DNA from: Candidatus Micrarchaeota archaeon
GTDB taxonomy: Archaea; Micrarchaeota; Micrarchaeia; Micrarchaeales; Micrarchaeaceae
Length of the DNA stretch: 64,000 bases
Assembly: GCA_964409135.1 (NCBI GenBank)
Contig: CAYPBZ010000001.1
Coordinates: 26,535 to 90,534 of the forward strand
Direction of reading: 5' to 3'
Every line of letters begins with the position of its first letter. The first letter of the stretch is position 1. The notes beneath the pieces are model-generated. The model searched no databases. It saw nothing but the letters and a program-made list of their open reading frames with translations, and was not told the DNA's origin. Position numbers and translations under genes: made by a program. Shown piece after piece: positions 44,837 to 52,834 of the stretch.

Positions 44837-45034
44837 TTACTGGAAGGCGAGCTTGACGTCGCTGCCATAGACTGTCTTTCTCTTGGCGTGCTTGGACAGC
44901 TTGGCGGCCTTCTCTGCCGCGACGAACGCTATCCTGTCTATCCTGCTCTGAAACACCCTTACTGCCTCGCTGCTGACCCTGTCAGCACCCGCATCCTTCA
45001 ATAATCTCTTTATTGTAGACTCTTTTATGTACAT
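44837..45034 (-). CDS. Archaeal histone (single histone fold)
   Basis: 65 aa. 'IKRLLKDAGADRVSSEAV......AAEKAAKLSKHAKRKTVYGSDVKLA' parallels HMf-type histones. Confidence 0.85.
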   Translation of the reverse strand: MYIKESTIKRLLKDAGADRVSSEAVRVFQSRIDRIAFVAAEKAAKLSKHAKRKTVYGSDVKLAFQ

Positions 45035-45050
45035 CGCAAAACCTCTGATT

Positions 45051-45785
45051 CTAGTCCGGGGTTATGGATAACCCCCCCAATCCTGGATAATCATCCTTGA
45101 GCAGCCCAAATATGAGGCTGTCCCTCTGGACGTCTCCACACTCAGCATCGAACCACCTTCCCTCTTTGTCAATGAATCTCCTCGTCCAGCTCTCTGCCAC
45201 ATTGGCAGGAATGCCGAGGCTGGAGGCCGCGGCAATGGTATCCACAACCCCTCCTTTTGCTATCTCCATGAATCGTCTGAACTCGTCTATGTACTTTGTT
45301 GTGTATGAACAACCTCTAATCTTACCCTCCTCTATGAACCCTAGGGATCTTAGCACCTTGATGGATGCGGTGTTGTCTGTGTGCGTCGTGCCGTATATCC
45401 TTCGGAATCCCCAAGTCCCGAATCCGACGCCCAGCATGATACGATTGCCTGAGGTCGCATACCCTTTGCCTCTGCAGCCCTTCCCTATCCAGTAGCCTAG
45501 CTCTGCCTCCAGCCCTATGGTTTTGGTACTTATCCCTACCATCCCGACTATGTTGTCTGAGTTGTCCACTATTGCCAGGTTGTGCTCCTCTCCGGACGCC
45601 TCCTTCTCAGCAGAGAGCCCTATGAACGCCAAGGCATCGGCCTCGGTGTATGGGTATGGGAACATGCCCAGATCATTAATATTGCAGGCTATCTCATAAT
45701 CATTGGCTATGGCTGCCAGCCTTGCACTGTCCTCTCCAATCAGACTCCTAAGATATACAGGTATACCGTCTGCCTTTACCCTCAT
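45051..45785 (-). CDS. GNAT N-acetyltransferase (RimJ/RimL-like) with an internal HTH-like insertion
   Basis: 'YWIGKGCRGKGYATS' acetyl-CoA motif and 'ASIKVLRSLGFIEEG'. About 44 extra residues (..VDTIAAASSLGIPANVAESWTRRF..) precede the terminal '..DSLIFGLLKDDY'. Start set at ATG 45785 (MRVKADG). Confidence 0.7.
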   Translation of the reverse strand: MRVKADGIPVYLRSLIGEDSARLAAIANDYEIACNINDLGMFPYPYTEADALAFIGLSAEKEASGEEHNLAIVDNSDNIVGMVGISTKTIGLEAELGYWIGKGCRGKGYATSGNRIMLGVGFGTWGFRRIYGTTHTDNTASIKVLRSLGFIEEGKIRGCSYTTKYIDEFRRFMEIAKGGVVDTIAAASSLGIPANVAESWTRRFIDKEGRWFDAECGDVQRDSLIFGLLKDDYPGLGGLSITPD

Positions 45786-45947
45786 TTGACCGAGAATGAT
45801 GCGTAGCGAACGTATATAATAATATTGCAATATTATGAGAGGGAAGGGATCGGTAGAAGAGACGCACAAACGGCCGAAGAGGTTTGTGAAGTACAAACTC
45901 ACGACTGAGGAGATGGCCGATCATGACGTACAAGGACTGCTAGGTCA

Positions 45948-45996
45948 CTCCTGAGGATTTGGAGTGATTTGCGCGTTTTGACGAACGCACCAGAAA
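45948..45996 (-). repeat. Right arm of the 49-bp inverted repeat (core 45948-45977)
   Basis: The reverse complement reads tttctggtgcgttcgtcaaAACGCGCAAATCACTCCAAATCCTCAGGAG. Confidence 0.9.
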
Positions 45997-46063
45997 GTAA
46001 TATGAAGATGACAATAAAAGTATATCTGAATGCTGCCGCACATCTGGAGCAGCGGGTTAGTCT

Positions 46064-46921
46064 ATGAGTTCATCAGACATGCGCAGTCTTATCCTTGGAG
46101 ACACACACATGTATGAAAGGCTGCTGAAGGCCGAATCCAAGAGAATCTCTAAAAGGTATAACGATCCCGATCTTAAGCGCCACTTCGATGGCATGGTGAC
46201 CAGATTCGTTTCTCTCGGACCAATGGCCCTATTCGATTCCATAGCATCCGACATAGGCATCAAACCGGACAGAATGCTGATGGCAAGCATAGGGCTCGCC
46301 TCATTCCATATATCCACGCATGACGATATAGTGGACGAGACGCCTGCCAACAAGGATGAGATAGCATCCCTTCTTTACTCCGGCAACATCTCATTCATCG
46401 AGGGTGTCGCAGGTATACTCAGGTACGGGAACCGGGATGTGCTCAATGCAGTGATGCACAGCATAAAGACCAACCACCACATGCAGCAGAGGGTTGTCAA
46501 AATATTGTGGAGTAGGAGAAGGCCGACAGAGGCCGACTATTTCGAAGGCATACGGCATATAATCTCATGGACCTCCATAGGCCCGAACGCAGCGCTCGCC
46601 CTTTCAGGGACGCACAACTACTCCGCATCCATAGGGGAGTTCTGCAAGAACTACGGGACCGCGATACAGCTGTTGGACGACATGAGCGAGATAGACGAGG
46701 ACCTCAAGAACGGGTACTGGTCGCTTCCCATAATACTGGCGAGCAGGAAGAGTATAGACATAAAGCGGAACATACGGTTCAGGCGCGAGGCTGTGGACAT
46801 GATGAGAGAACTTGCAGAGGAGAGGCTTGCTAAGGCATCGTCCTCCATCCCAAAAGGCTGGAATAGAATGCAGGAAAAGGTCTCGATGCTAAACAATTAT
46901 ATATCAGGGTACAAAACCTGA
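46064..46921 (+). CDS. Class I isoprenoid (polyprenyl) synthase-like protein, divergent
   Basis: First Asp-rich motif 'HDDIVDE' and second 'LLDDMSEIDED'. 285 aa. Confidence 0.5.
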   Translation: MSSSDMRSLILGDTHMYERLLKAESKRISKRYNDPDLKRHFDGMVTRFVSLGPMALFDSIASDIGIKPDRMLMASIGLASFHISTHDDIVDETPANKDEIASLLYSGNISFIEGVAGILRYGNRDVLNAVMHSIKTNHHMQQRVVKILWSRRRPTEADYFEGIRHIISWTSIGPNAALALSGTHNYSASIGEFCKNYGTAIQLLDDMSEIDEDLKNGYWSLPIILASRKSIDIKRNIRFRREAVDMMRELAEERLAKASSSIPKGWNRMQEKVSMLNNYISGYKT

Positions 46922-46928
46922 TAGAACG

Positions 46929-47345
46929 GTGAATATCTTGGAGAAAAAAGTGATTGTATGGGTTGGTGCCTTCATGAAGGACAGTGAGGGCAGGTTCCTA
47001 ATCGTGAAGAGATCAAAGGGCAGCTCATGGGGCGGCGGCCAGTGGCAGCTCCCAGGGGGCAAGCTCGAATGGGGAGAGCATCCGGAGGAGACCCTTGCGA
47101 GGGAGATAGGGGAGGAGACAGGTTGTAAGGTATCATCGTCTGAACTCGTATCCATAGGCACGACGAACATTGTAGCAAAGGGCATTGACCACCATGCCGT
47201 TCAGCTGTTTTACACCACCGAGCTGAACGGGGATGTGCGCATAAGCGACGAGCATGACGATTATAAGATGGTAAGCTCGGACGAGGCCCTTAACCTTGAC
47301 CTTATAGAAGGACTTCCTGAAATAATAAAGAAGAACATGGTGTAG
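46929..47345 (+). CDS. NUDIX hydrolase
   Basis: Nudix box 'GGKLEWGEHPEETLAREIGEETG'. Confidence 0.9.
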   Translation: MNILEKKVIVWVGAFMKDSEGRFLIVKRSKGSSWGGGQWQLPGGKLEWGEHPEETLAREIGEETGCKVSSSELVSIGTTNIVAKGIDHHAVQLFYTTELNGDVRISDEHDDYKMVSSDEALNLDLIEGLPEIIKKNMV

Positions 47346-47401
47346 AGATAGAGAAAGGGAAGGCACTGCTCGTTACAGGCAGCTCAGGAAGCGGAAAGAG
47401 C

Positions 47402-47929
47402 ATGTTCTCAGACGTTGTCGGCAGCATGTATCACATTCCGGTAATCTCCATCGGAGGTGTTATGAGAGGATATGCGAAGAGCTATGGATACGGCTCCCTT
47501 TCTGAATTCCTAAGGATGAACGGCACACGCTCCGGCTTCGAGATAACAAGAAAGCATGTGATGGATAGTATAGAGAATGCCATGCCTCCTGACCAGAACA
47601 GGTGCGTAGTAGTAGATGGGATGTATGATCAGGTCATGTATTACGCAATAAAGTTTATACTGGGCGACAGAAATGTGCTCATGGTGAATGTCAGTGCTGA
47701 CTACGATGTGAGACGGGCCCGGATAAAGCTCAGGAAGGGACTAAAGTCAGATGATGAGGCTGTGGCAGAGATGCTGAGGCGCGATAGCACGAAATGCGAG
47801 GTCGGCCTGGAGAGCCTGACCAAGATGGCCGACATCACTGTGGCGAACGACCTCGACCTCGAGAATCTCAGGCAGCTGGCAAGGCACGCTATGGAGACGT
47901 TATTACATGGACAGAAGGTTGCGGTTTGA
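47402..47929 (+). CDS. P-loop nucleotide kinase-like protein (UPF0200/dephospho-CoA-kinase-like); start unresolved
   Basis: Body 'IPVISIGGVMR...VVVDGMY...RRDSTKCEVGL..ADITVAND'. The Walker A 'LLVTGSSGSGKS' is encoded in the same frame upstream of the first ATG. That frame is open from 47321 with no ATG/GTG/TTG. Confidence 0.6.
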   Translation: MFSDVVGSMYHIPVISIGGVMRGYAKSYGYGSLSEFLRMNGTRSGFEITRKHVMDSIENAMPPDQNRCVVVDGMYDQVMYYAIKFILGDRNVLMVNVSADYDVRRARIKLRKGLKSDDEAVAEMLRRDSTKCEVGLESLTKMADITVANDLDLENLRQLARHAMETLLHGQKVAV

Positions 47930-48497
47930 GACAACAAGGAAGGGCATGCATCTCATCCTTACGGTGTGGCCCATCTTGTTTGCGTATCTCTTTATCGAGA
48001 GATGGACTGCCGTAGGCATATACGTAGCGTACCTGGTATTCTGGCTCGTCTCCGAATACCTCAGGACAAGATTCGGAATGAACACTCCAACAGCATACAT
48101 GTTAAAAAAGGTGTCAAGGCACTCCGTCGGCAGAAACCTCGACAGATCGCGCAGCAAGATTAGATTCCCTTACTGGATAGCCGCAGGCGTCGTGGTCCTC
48201 GCACTGTTCAACTACACTGTGGTCATAGCCTCAACCGTCTGCCTTGCTTTCGGTGACACGGTTGCAGGGCTTCTGAAATCTTCAATGCCAAGAAAGCACG
48301 AAGCTGCGTATCTCGGTACATTCGTAGGGTTCCTTGTGAGCGCTGCGATAATATTCGCGCTCACCAGCCTTATGTATGTTGCGTTAGTTGCAGCTGCGGT
48401 GGGCATGCTTGGCGATCTCCTTCCCAAGAAGCTGAACGACAACGCCACGATACCTCTTCTAGCAGCAGTAGGAGCATACGCCGTGCTGGCGTTATGA
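47907..48497 (+). CDS. Polyprenol (dolichol/phytol) kinase-like integral membrane protein (COG0170-like)
   Basis: 196 aa, multi-TM. 'FGDTVAGLLK' and 'GDLLPKKLNDNATIPLL' resemble the CTP-dependent polyprenol kinase family. Confidence 0.45.
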   Translation: MDRRLRFETTRKGMHLILTVWPILFAYLFIERWTAVGIYVAYLVFWLVSEYLRTRFGMNTPTAYMLKKVSRHSVGRNLDRSRSKIRFPYWIAAGVVVLALFNYTVVIASTVCLAFGDTVAGLLKSSMPRKHEAAYLGTFVGFLVSAAIIFALTSLMYVALVAAAVGMLGDLLPKKLNDNATIPLLAAVGAYAVLAL

Positions 48498-48575
48498 ATT
48501 TAGTGTATGGGTTGCTGGCACGCAAAAGTTAACGCAATCATTATATATTTGGAGTGCGATGCGGTTGTGATTATT

Positions 48576-49085
48576 ATGTCCACAATGCAAAGAGAGAAGA
48601 TACACACCACGCCCAACATAGATCCGATAGTCGAATGGATTACCTCTATCTCAAGGGTGTTGTATGAAGAAGGCCATGAGATTATAAGGGCGTGTGTAAT
48701 GTTGCCTATAAAACCGGAACGGTATTACGAAAACAGGCTTCGCCAACTCGAGAGGTTCACAAGAGCGAGCGCCGAGGAGATCGCAGAGGCGCTGTCTGTC
48801 AACTCATCAAGCATAGGCATAGCCATGAGAAACACGATACTGCGGATAGGCGCAAACAATGGGTTTGATGCTTACCCTCAGTATAAGTACGAGGGGCTGC
48901 AGGAGCTGGAGAATGCCGGGCTGATAGCGAGGCATGTCAGCCATGCCATCAGTCCTGTGGAGGGCGCCATTAATTCTAAGCCGGTCCATTATGCCTTGCT
49001 TCCTCTTGGGGAGATGGTTTACAGTAAGATGAACCTCAAGGGAATAATCAGAAAAGAGCCGATGCGGAACGATCCGTCCCTCTGA
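48576..49085 (+). CDS. Hypothetical protein with possible HTH
   Basis: Start set at ATG 48576 (MSTMQ), with TATA-like 'ttatatattt' about 30 nt upstream. 'ASAEEIAEALSVNSSSIGIAMRNTILRI' looks HTH-like. Confidence 0.35.
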   Translation: MSTMQREKIHTTPNIDPIVEWITSISRVLYEEGHEIIRACVMLPIKPERYYENRLRQLERFTRASAEEIAEALSVNSSSIGIAMRNTILRIGANNGFDAYPQYKYEGLQELENAGLIARHVSHAISPVEGAINSKPVHYALLPLGEMVYSKMNLKGIIRKEPMRNDPSL

Positions 49086-49183
49086 TTCTGCAGCAGTGCA
49101 GCGCATAACCAGTCCAACATAGCAAGGTTCTTATTCTTGCGTATCATACTCTCATTATCGTACGCTTACGACTAGTCTATCCT

Positions 49184-50524
49184 ATGCGTGATTGGATGAG
49201 AGACAGGAAGAACGTTATAATACTCGGTGCTGCAGGTAGGGACTTCCACGATTTCAACTTATTGTTCAAAGACAATCCCCACTACAAGGTAGTGGCCTTC
49301 ACTGCTAATCAGATACCTTACATATCCAACAGGGTGTATCCAAAGGAGCTGAGTGGCAGGCTCTATAAATCAGGCATAAGAATACACGATGAGTCCAAGC
49401 TGCCTGAGCTCATACGCAGGACTAAGGCCGACGTGTGCGTGCAGGCGTACAGTGACCTGCCTTACCAGACCGTGATGAATAAAGTGAGCCTTGTCAACTC
49501 TCTGGGCGCAGACTTCTGGCTCGTGGCTCCAGAGAGGACTATGCTCAAGTCCACAAAGCCTGTTATATCTGTGTGCGCGGTCAGGACCGGATCCGGAAAG
49601 AGCCAGACCTCGAGGTACATCGCGAAGATGTTAAGGGACATGGGACTAAAAGTCGTGATAGTGAGGCATCCGATGCCGTACGGCATTCTAAAAAAGCAGA
49701 GGGTCGAGAGGTTCGCCTCCATGAAGGACCTTGACAGATACAAGACCACAATAGAGGAGAGGGAGGACTACGAGCCGCACATAGTAAACGGCTTCATAGT
49801 GTACGCGGGTGTGGACTACGAGGCGATACTCAGGGCAGCCGAGAGGGAGGCGGACGTAGTACTGTGGGACGGAGGCAACAACGATTCCTCATTCTTCAAG
49901 CCCGACTTGTCCATAACGGTTGCTGACCCGTTACGCGCAGGCAATGAGCTCACATATTATCCTGGGGAGACTGTGGCAAGGATGGCCGATATCATAATAA
50001 TAAACAAAGTAGGTTCAGCGACAGCGAAGGAGCTCAAGCTCCTTGTGGCTAACATAAAAGGGATAAACAGCGCCGCGAAGCTCGTCTACGCCGATTCCAT
50101 AGTCATTCCCGACAATCCCAAACTGATAAAGGGCAAACGTGCGCTCGTGATAGAGGACGGCCCCACTATAACTCACGGTGGCATGAGGCTCGGCGCCGGG
50201 CTCATAGCAGCGAGAAAGTTTGGGGCGCGCGAGATCGTGAGGGCGAGGGATTATGCTATTGGAGAGATAAAGGCCACGTTCCTCAAATACCCGAATCTTG
50301 AAATGGAGTTGCCTGCCATGGGATACAGCCCTCAGCAGATAAAGGACCTTGAGACAACAGTGAACAGGGCGAAGTGCGACGTCGTGGTGTCCGCTACGCC
50401 TACAGACCTGCGCAATCTGATAAAGATCAACAAACCATTGGTGCAGGTGGGATACGAGCTGAGGCCGAGAGGCACGCTCTTCGACAATGCGATAAAAGAG
50501 TTCGCAAGAGGCGTTAAGAGATGA
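49184..50524 (+). CDS. COG2403-type P-loop protein (predicted GTPase / cyclic 2,3-diphosphoglycerate synthetase-like)
   Basis: 'ILGAAGRDFHDFN', 'VCAVRTGSGKSQTSR', 'VRHPMPYG', 'TIEEREDYEPH' and 'LWDGGNND'. 446 aa. Confidence 0.55.
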   Translation: MRDWMRDRKNVIILGAAGRDFHDFNLLFKDNPHYKVVAFTANQIPYISNRVYPKELSGRLYKSGIRIHDESKLPELIRRTKADVCVQAYSDLPYQTVMNKVSLVNSLGADFWLVAPERTMLKSTKPVISVCAVRTGSGKSQTSRYIAKMLRDMGLKVVIVRHPMPYGILKKQRVERFASMKDLDRYKTTIEEREDYEPHIVNGFIVYAGVDYEAILRAAEREADVVLWDGGNNDSSFFKPDLSITVADPLRAGNELTYYPGETVARMADIIIINKVGSATAKELKLLVANIKGINSAAKLVYADSIVIPDNPKLIKGKRALVIEDGPTITHGGMRLGAGLIAARKFGAREIVRARDYAIGEIKATFLKYPNLEMELPAMGYSPQQIKDLETTVNRAKCDVVVSATPTDLRNLIKINKPLVQVGYELRPRGTLFDNAIKEFARGVKR

Positions 50525-51417
50525 ACTTCTTAAGCTCGGCAGACCTGCCGGCCGATGAGATACGAAAGGTATTCAGGATCGCTGATGCGCTCGTCTCCGG
50601 AAAGAGGTTCGCGCTGAAAAAGGGATCAACCATAGCGCTGTTCTTTGCTGAACCGTCGACAAGAACAAGAGTCTCGTTCACTGTTGCAGCCACACAGCTC
50701 GGCTGCAGCTCTATCTACATAGACGCGAGGACTTCACAGGCATCAAGAGGCGAAGAGCTCTCAGACACAGCAAAGATACTCGGCCTGTATTGCGATCTCA
50801 TCGCTGTGCGCATCAATGACCATGACAAGCTCCTTGCGATGGCAAAAAGTTCCGACGTGCCTGTGATAAACGCCCTTACATCTCTGGAGCACCCGACGCA
50901 GGCCCTTGCCGATACATACACAATATTGAGTAAGAAAGGCAGCCTGGACAAGCTGAAAATAGGTCTCATAGGTGACATAGCACAGAACACGTTCAACTCC
51001 CTGATGCTCACGGCAGCGAAGCTGGGCACAGAGATATCCTTGGTCGGGCCAGATGGTCTAAAGCCCAATCCGTTCTTTGTCAAGGAGTCGAGGAAGCACA
51101 GCAAGGTGAGCGTAACATCCTCCATAAAGGACGGGCTGAGAGGCTGCGACGTAGTTTACACTGACACATTCGTAAGCATGGGCATGGAAGGTTCGGCGGA
51201 GGCGCGCAGGAAGCGCTTATACAAATATATTCTTGACAAGAAGGCACTGGCGCACGCTAAGAGGGATGCGTTAGTGATGCACCCGCTCCCGGCACACAGA
51301 GGAGAGGAGATATCCGTGGATGTGCTTGAGGGAAGGCAGAGCGTAATCTGGGAACAGGCAAAGAACAAGCAGATTCTGGAGGAGGCACTGCTCATCTATC
51401 TGTCAGAGCATAGGTAG
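50521..51417 (+). CDS. argF: Ornithine carbamoyltransferase-type transcarbamylase
   Basis: 'FFAEPSTRTRVSF', 'HPTQALAD', 'TDTFVSMGME' and 'HPLPAHRGEEI'. ATGA overlap with the upstream gene. Substrate (ornithine versus putrescine or other) is not resolved. Confidence 0.75.
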   Translation: MNFLSSADLPADEIRKVFRIADALVSGKRFALKKGSTIALFFAEPSTRTRVSFTVAATQLGCSSIYIDARTSQASRGEELSDTAKILGLYCDLIAVRINDHDKLLAMAKSSDVPVINALTSLEHPTQALADTYTILSKKGSLDKLKIGLIGDIAQNTFNSLMLTAAKLGTEISLVGPDGLKPNPFFVKESRKHSKVSVTSSIKDGLRGCDVVYTDTFVSMGMEGSAEARRKRLYKYILDKKALAHAKRDALVMHPLPAHRGEEISVDVLEGRQSVIWEQAKNKQILEEALLIYLSEHR

Positions 51418-51421
51418 GCTA

Positions 51422-52342
51422 TCAGTGTATATGCGTGCCTGACCTGCCCCCCAATATGTCTCTCAGTTTAAATATGCTGCCTATGAAGGCCTCATGCCCT
51501 CCGTTCTCTATGAACCTTATGCAGGCCTCGACCTTCGGCCTGATCGTCCCCTCTTCGAACGTATCAAGCATCCTCTTCAGCTCATCCGTCCTAATATCTC
51601 TTATAGCTCCTCTTCTCCGTTTGTAGTCCGTGTAGACGTACGGCACATTGGTCAGTATAACCATCGATTCTGCCCCTACGGTGCTTGCCAGAAGCTCGGT
51701 AGTCAAATCCTTGTCTATCACGGCGTCGACTCCTTTGATCGTCTTGCCTGACATGACTACAGGTATACCTCCCCCACCACATGTTATTACGACATTCCCC
51801 TTTATACTGTCCCGAATGGCACCCATCTCCAGTATCTGTATAGGCTTGGGAGATGGAACCACACGCCTGTATTGGTTTCCATGCCTGATGTACTGGAACC
51901 TGTCCAGCCTGAGCTCCTTCTCAAGCTCTCTCTTTGTGTAAAATGGTCCAATCTGCTTTGTCGGTTTATTGAACGCCAGGTCCTTGCTATCAACAAGGAC
52001 ATGCGAGAGTATGACACACACTCCTGTCCTGGGGCCTTTCATCGAGTTGCGCAGCGAGGTCTCTATCACAGTGCCGATGCTTGCCTGGGTCTCTGCATTG
52101 AGGGCGTAGAGGGGCATCTCCATAACGTATCCCTTCGCATGCTCCCCCCTTACGAGCTCGTCGCCGACCTGCGAGCCGTTCCCATGCGTAATAATTATAT
52201 TGTAATCCTTCTGCAACGATATTATGCTCTCTGCCATCTTGGACATGTTATTCTTTTCTGTAGATAGGGATTGCTCACCTGACGGGTCGAGGAGAGCATT
52301 ACCCCCAAGGGCTATGACAAGTATATGCATACTACCATCCAC
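51422..52342 (-). CDS. arcC: Carbamate kinase
   Basis: 'LVIALGGNALL', 'ITHGNGSQVG' and 'VITCGGGGIPV'. 306 aa. Confidence 0.9.
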   Translation of the reverse strand: MDGSMHILVIALGGNALLDPSGEQSLSTEKNNMSKMAESIISLQKDYNIIITHGNGSQVGDELVRGEHAKGYVMEMPLYALNAETQASIGTVIETSLRNSMKGPRTGVCVILSHVLVDSKDLAFNKPTKQIGPFYTKRELEKELRLDRFQYIRHGNQYRRVVPSPKPIQILEMGAIRDSIKGNVVITCGGGGIPVVMSGKTIKGVDAVIDKDLTTELLASTVGAESMVILTNVPYVYTDYKRRRGAIRDIRTDELKRMLDTFEEGTIRPKVEACIRFIENGGHEAFIGSIFKLRDILGGRSGTHIH

Positions 52343-52346
52343 AATA

Positions 52347-52772
52347 TCACCGTTCTCTCTTTTCTAGCGAATCAAGGAATACGTTCAGGCGCTTGTCGAC
52401 CCTCGCTATTCCCGGAGCCTCTCTCGGTAGATTCGCGTATATGACACTCACGAACACGTGTTCCAGCTTCTTCGCGGAGTTGTACAGTCTCTTCATCTCC
52501 TTGCTCTTCGTTTTGTAAAGCCCCCCAAGCTGACGGACTACAAGCTCGCTATCAGAGTATATCTTGATACTGGTATCTCCAGTATCTATGTTATCCGTGC
52601 ACCATTCCAATGCCCTTATTATGGCAGTGTACTCAGCAAAGTTGTTCGTCTTTACACCGTTGTATATGACGTCTGTATGAATCTTCCTGCCTTTCGAGTA
52701 GATAGCGAACCCCGATGCGCTCTTTCCAGGGTTGCCGCGCGCGGCGCCATCTGTGTATATTGTGACATCCAT
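52347..52772 (-). CDS. rnhA: Ribonuclease HI
   Basis: 'IYTDGAARGNPGKSASGF', 'NFAEYTAIIRAL' and 'IYSDSELVVRQ' carry the DEDD catalytic residues. Confidence 0.85.
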   Translation of the reverse strand: MDVTIYTDGAARGNPGKSASGFAIYSKGRKIHTDVIYNGVKTNNFAEYTAIIRALEWCTDNIDTGDTSIKIYSDSELVVRQLGGLYKTKSKEMKRLYNSAKKLEHVFVSVIYANLPREAPGIARVDKRLNVFLDSLEKRER

Positions 52773-52834
52773 GCCCTATCATCTGATGTGTGTCAAAAGT
52801 ATATATTTTAAAGGTTTTTAGCCAATATGTTTGT

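Noticed and set aside
45748-45933. 61-aa minus-strand ORF, plus the 5' extension of the GNAT ORF to 45902
   Set aside because: Both run through the inverted-repeat-proximal spacer and use non-ATG or unsupported starts. The GNAT homology begins only at Met 45785.
47318-47345. Programmed -1 frameshift fusing the NUDIX and kinase ORFs
   Set aside because: The frame geometry allows it, but I see no X XXY YYZ slippery heptamer and no obvious downstream structure. It is kept only as one of several explanations in the corresponding finding.
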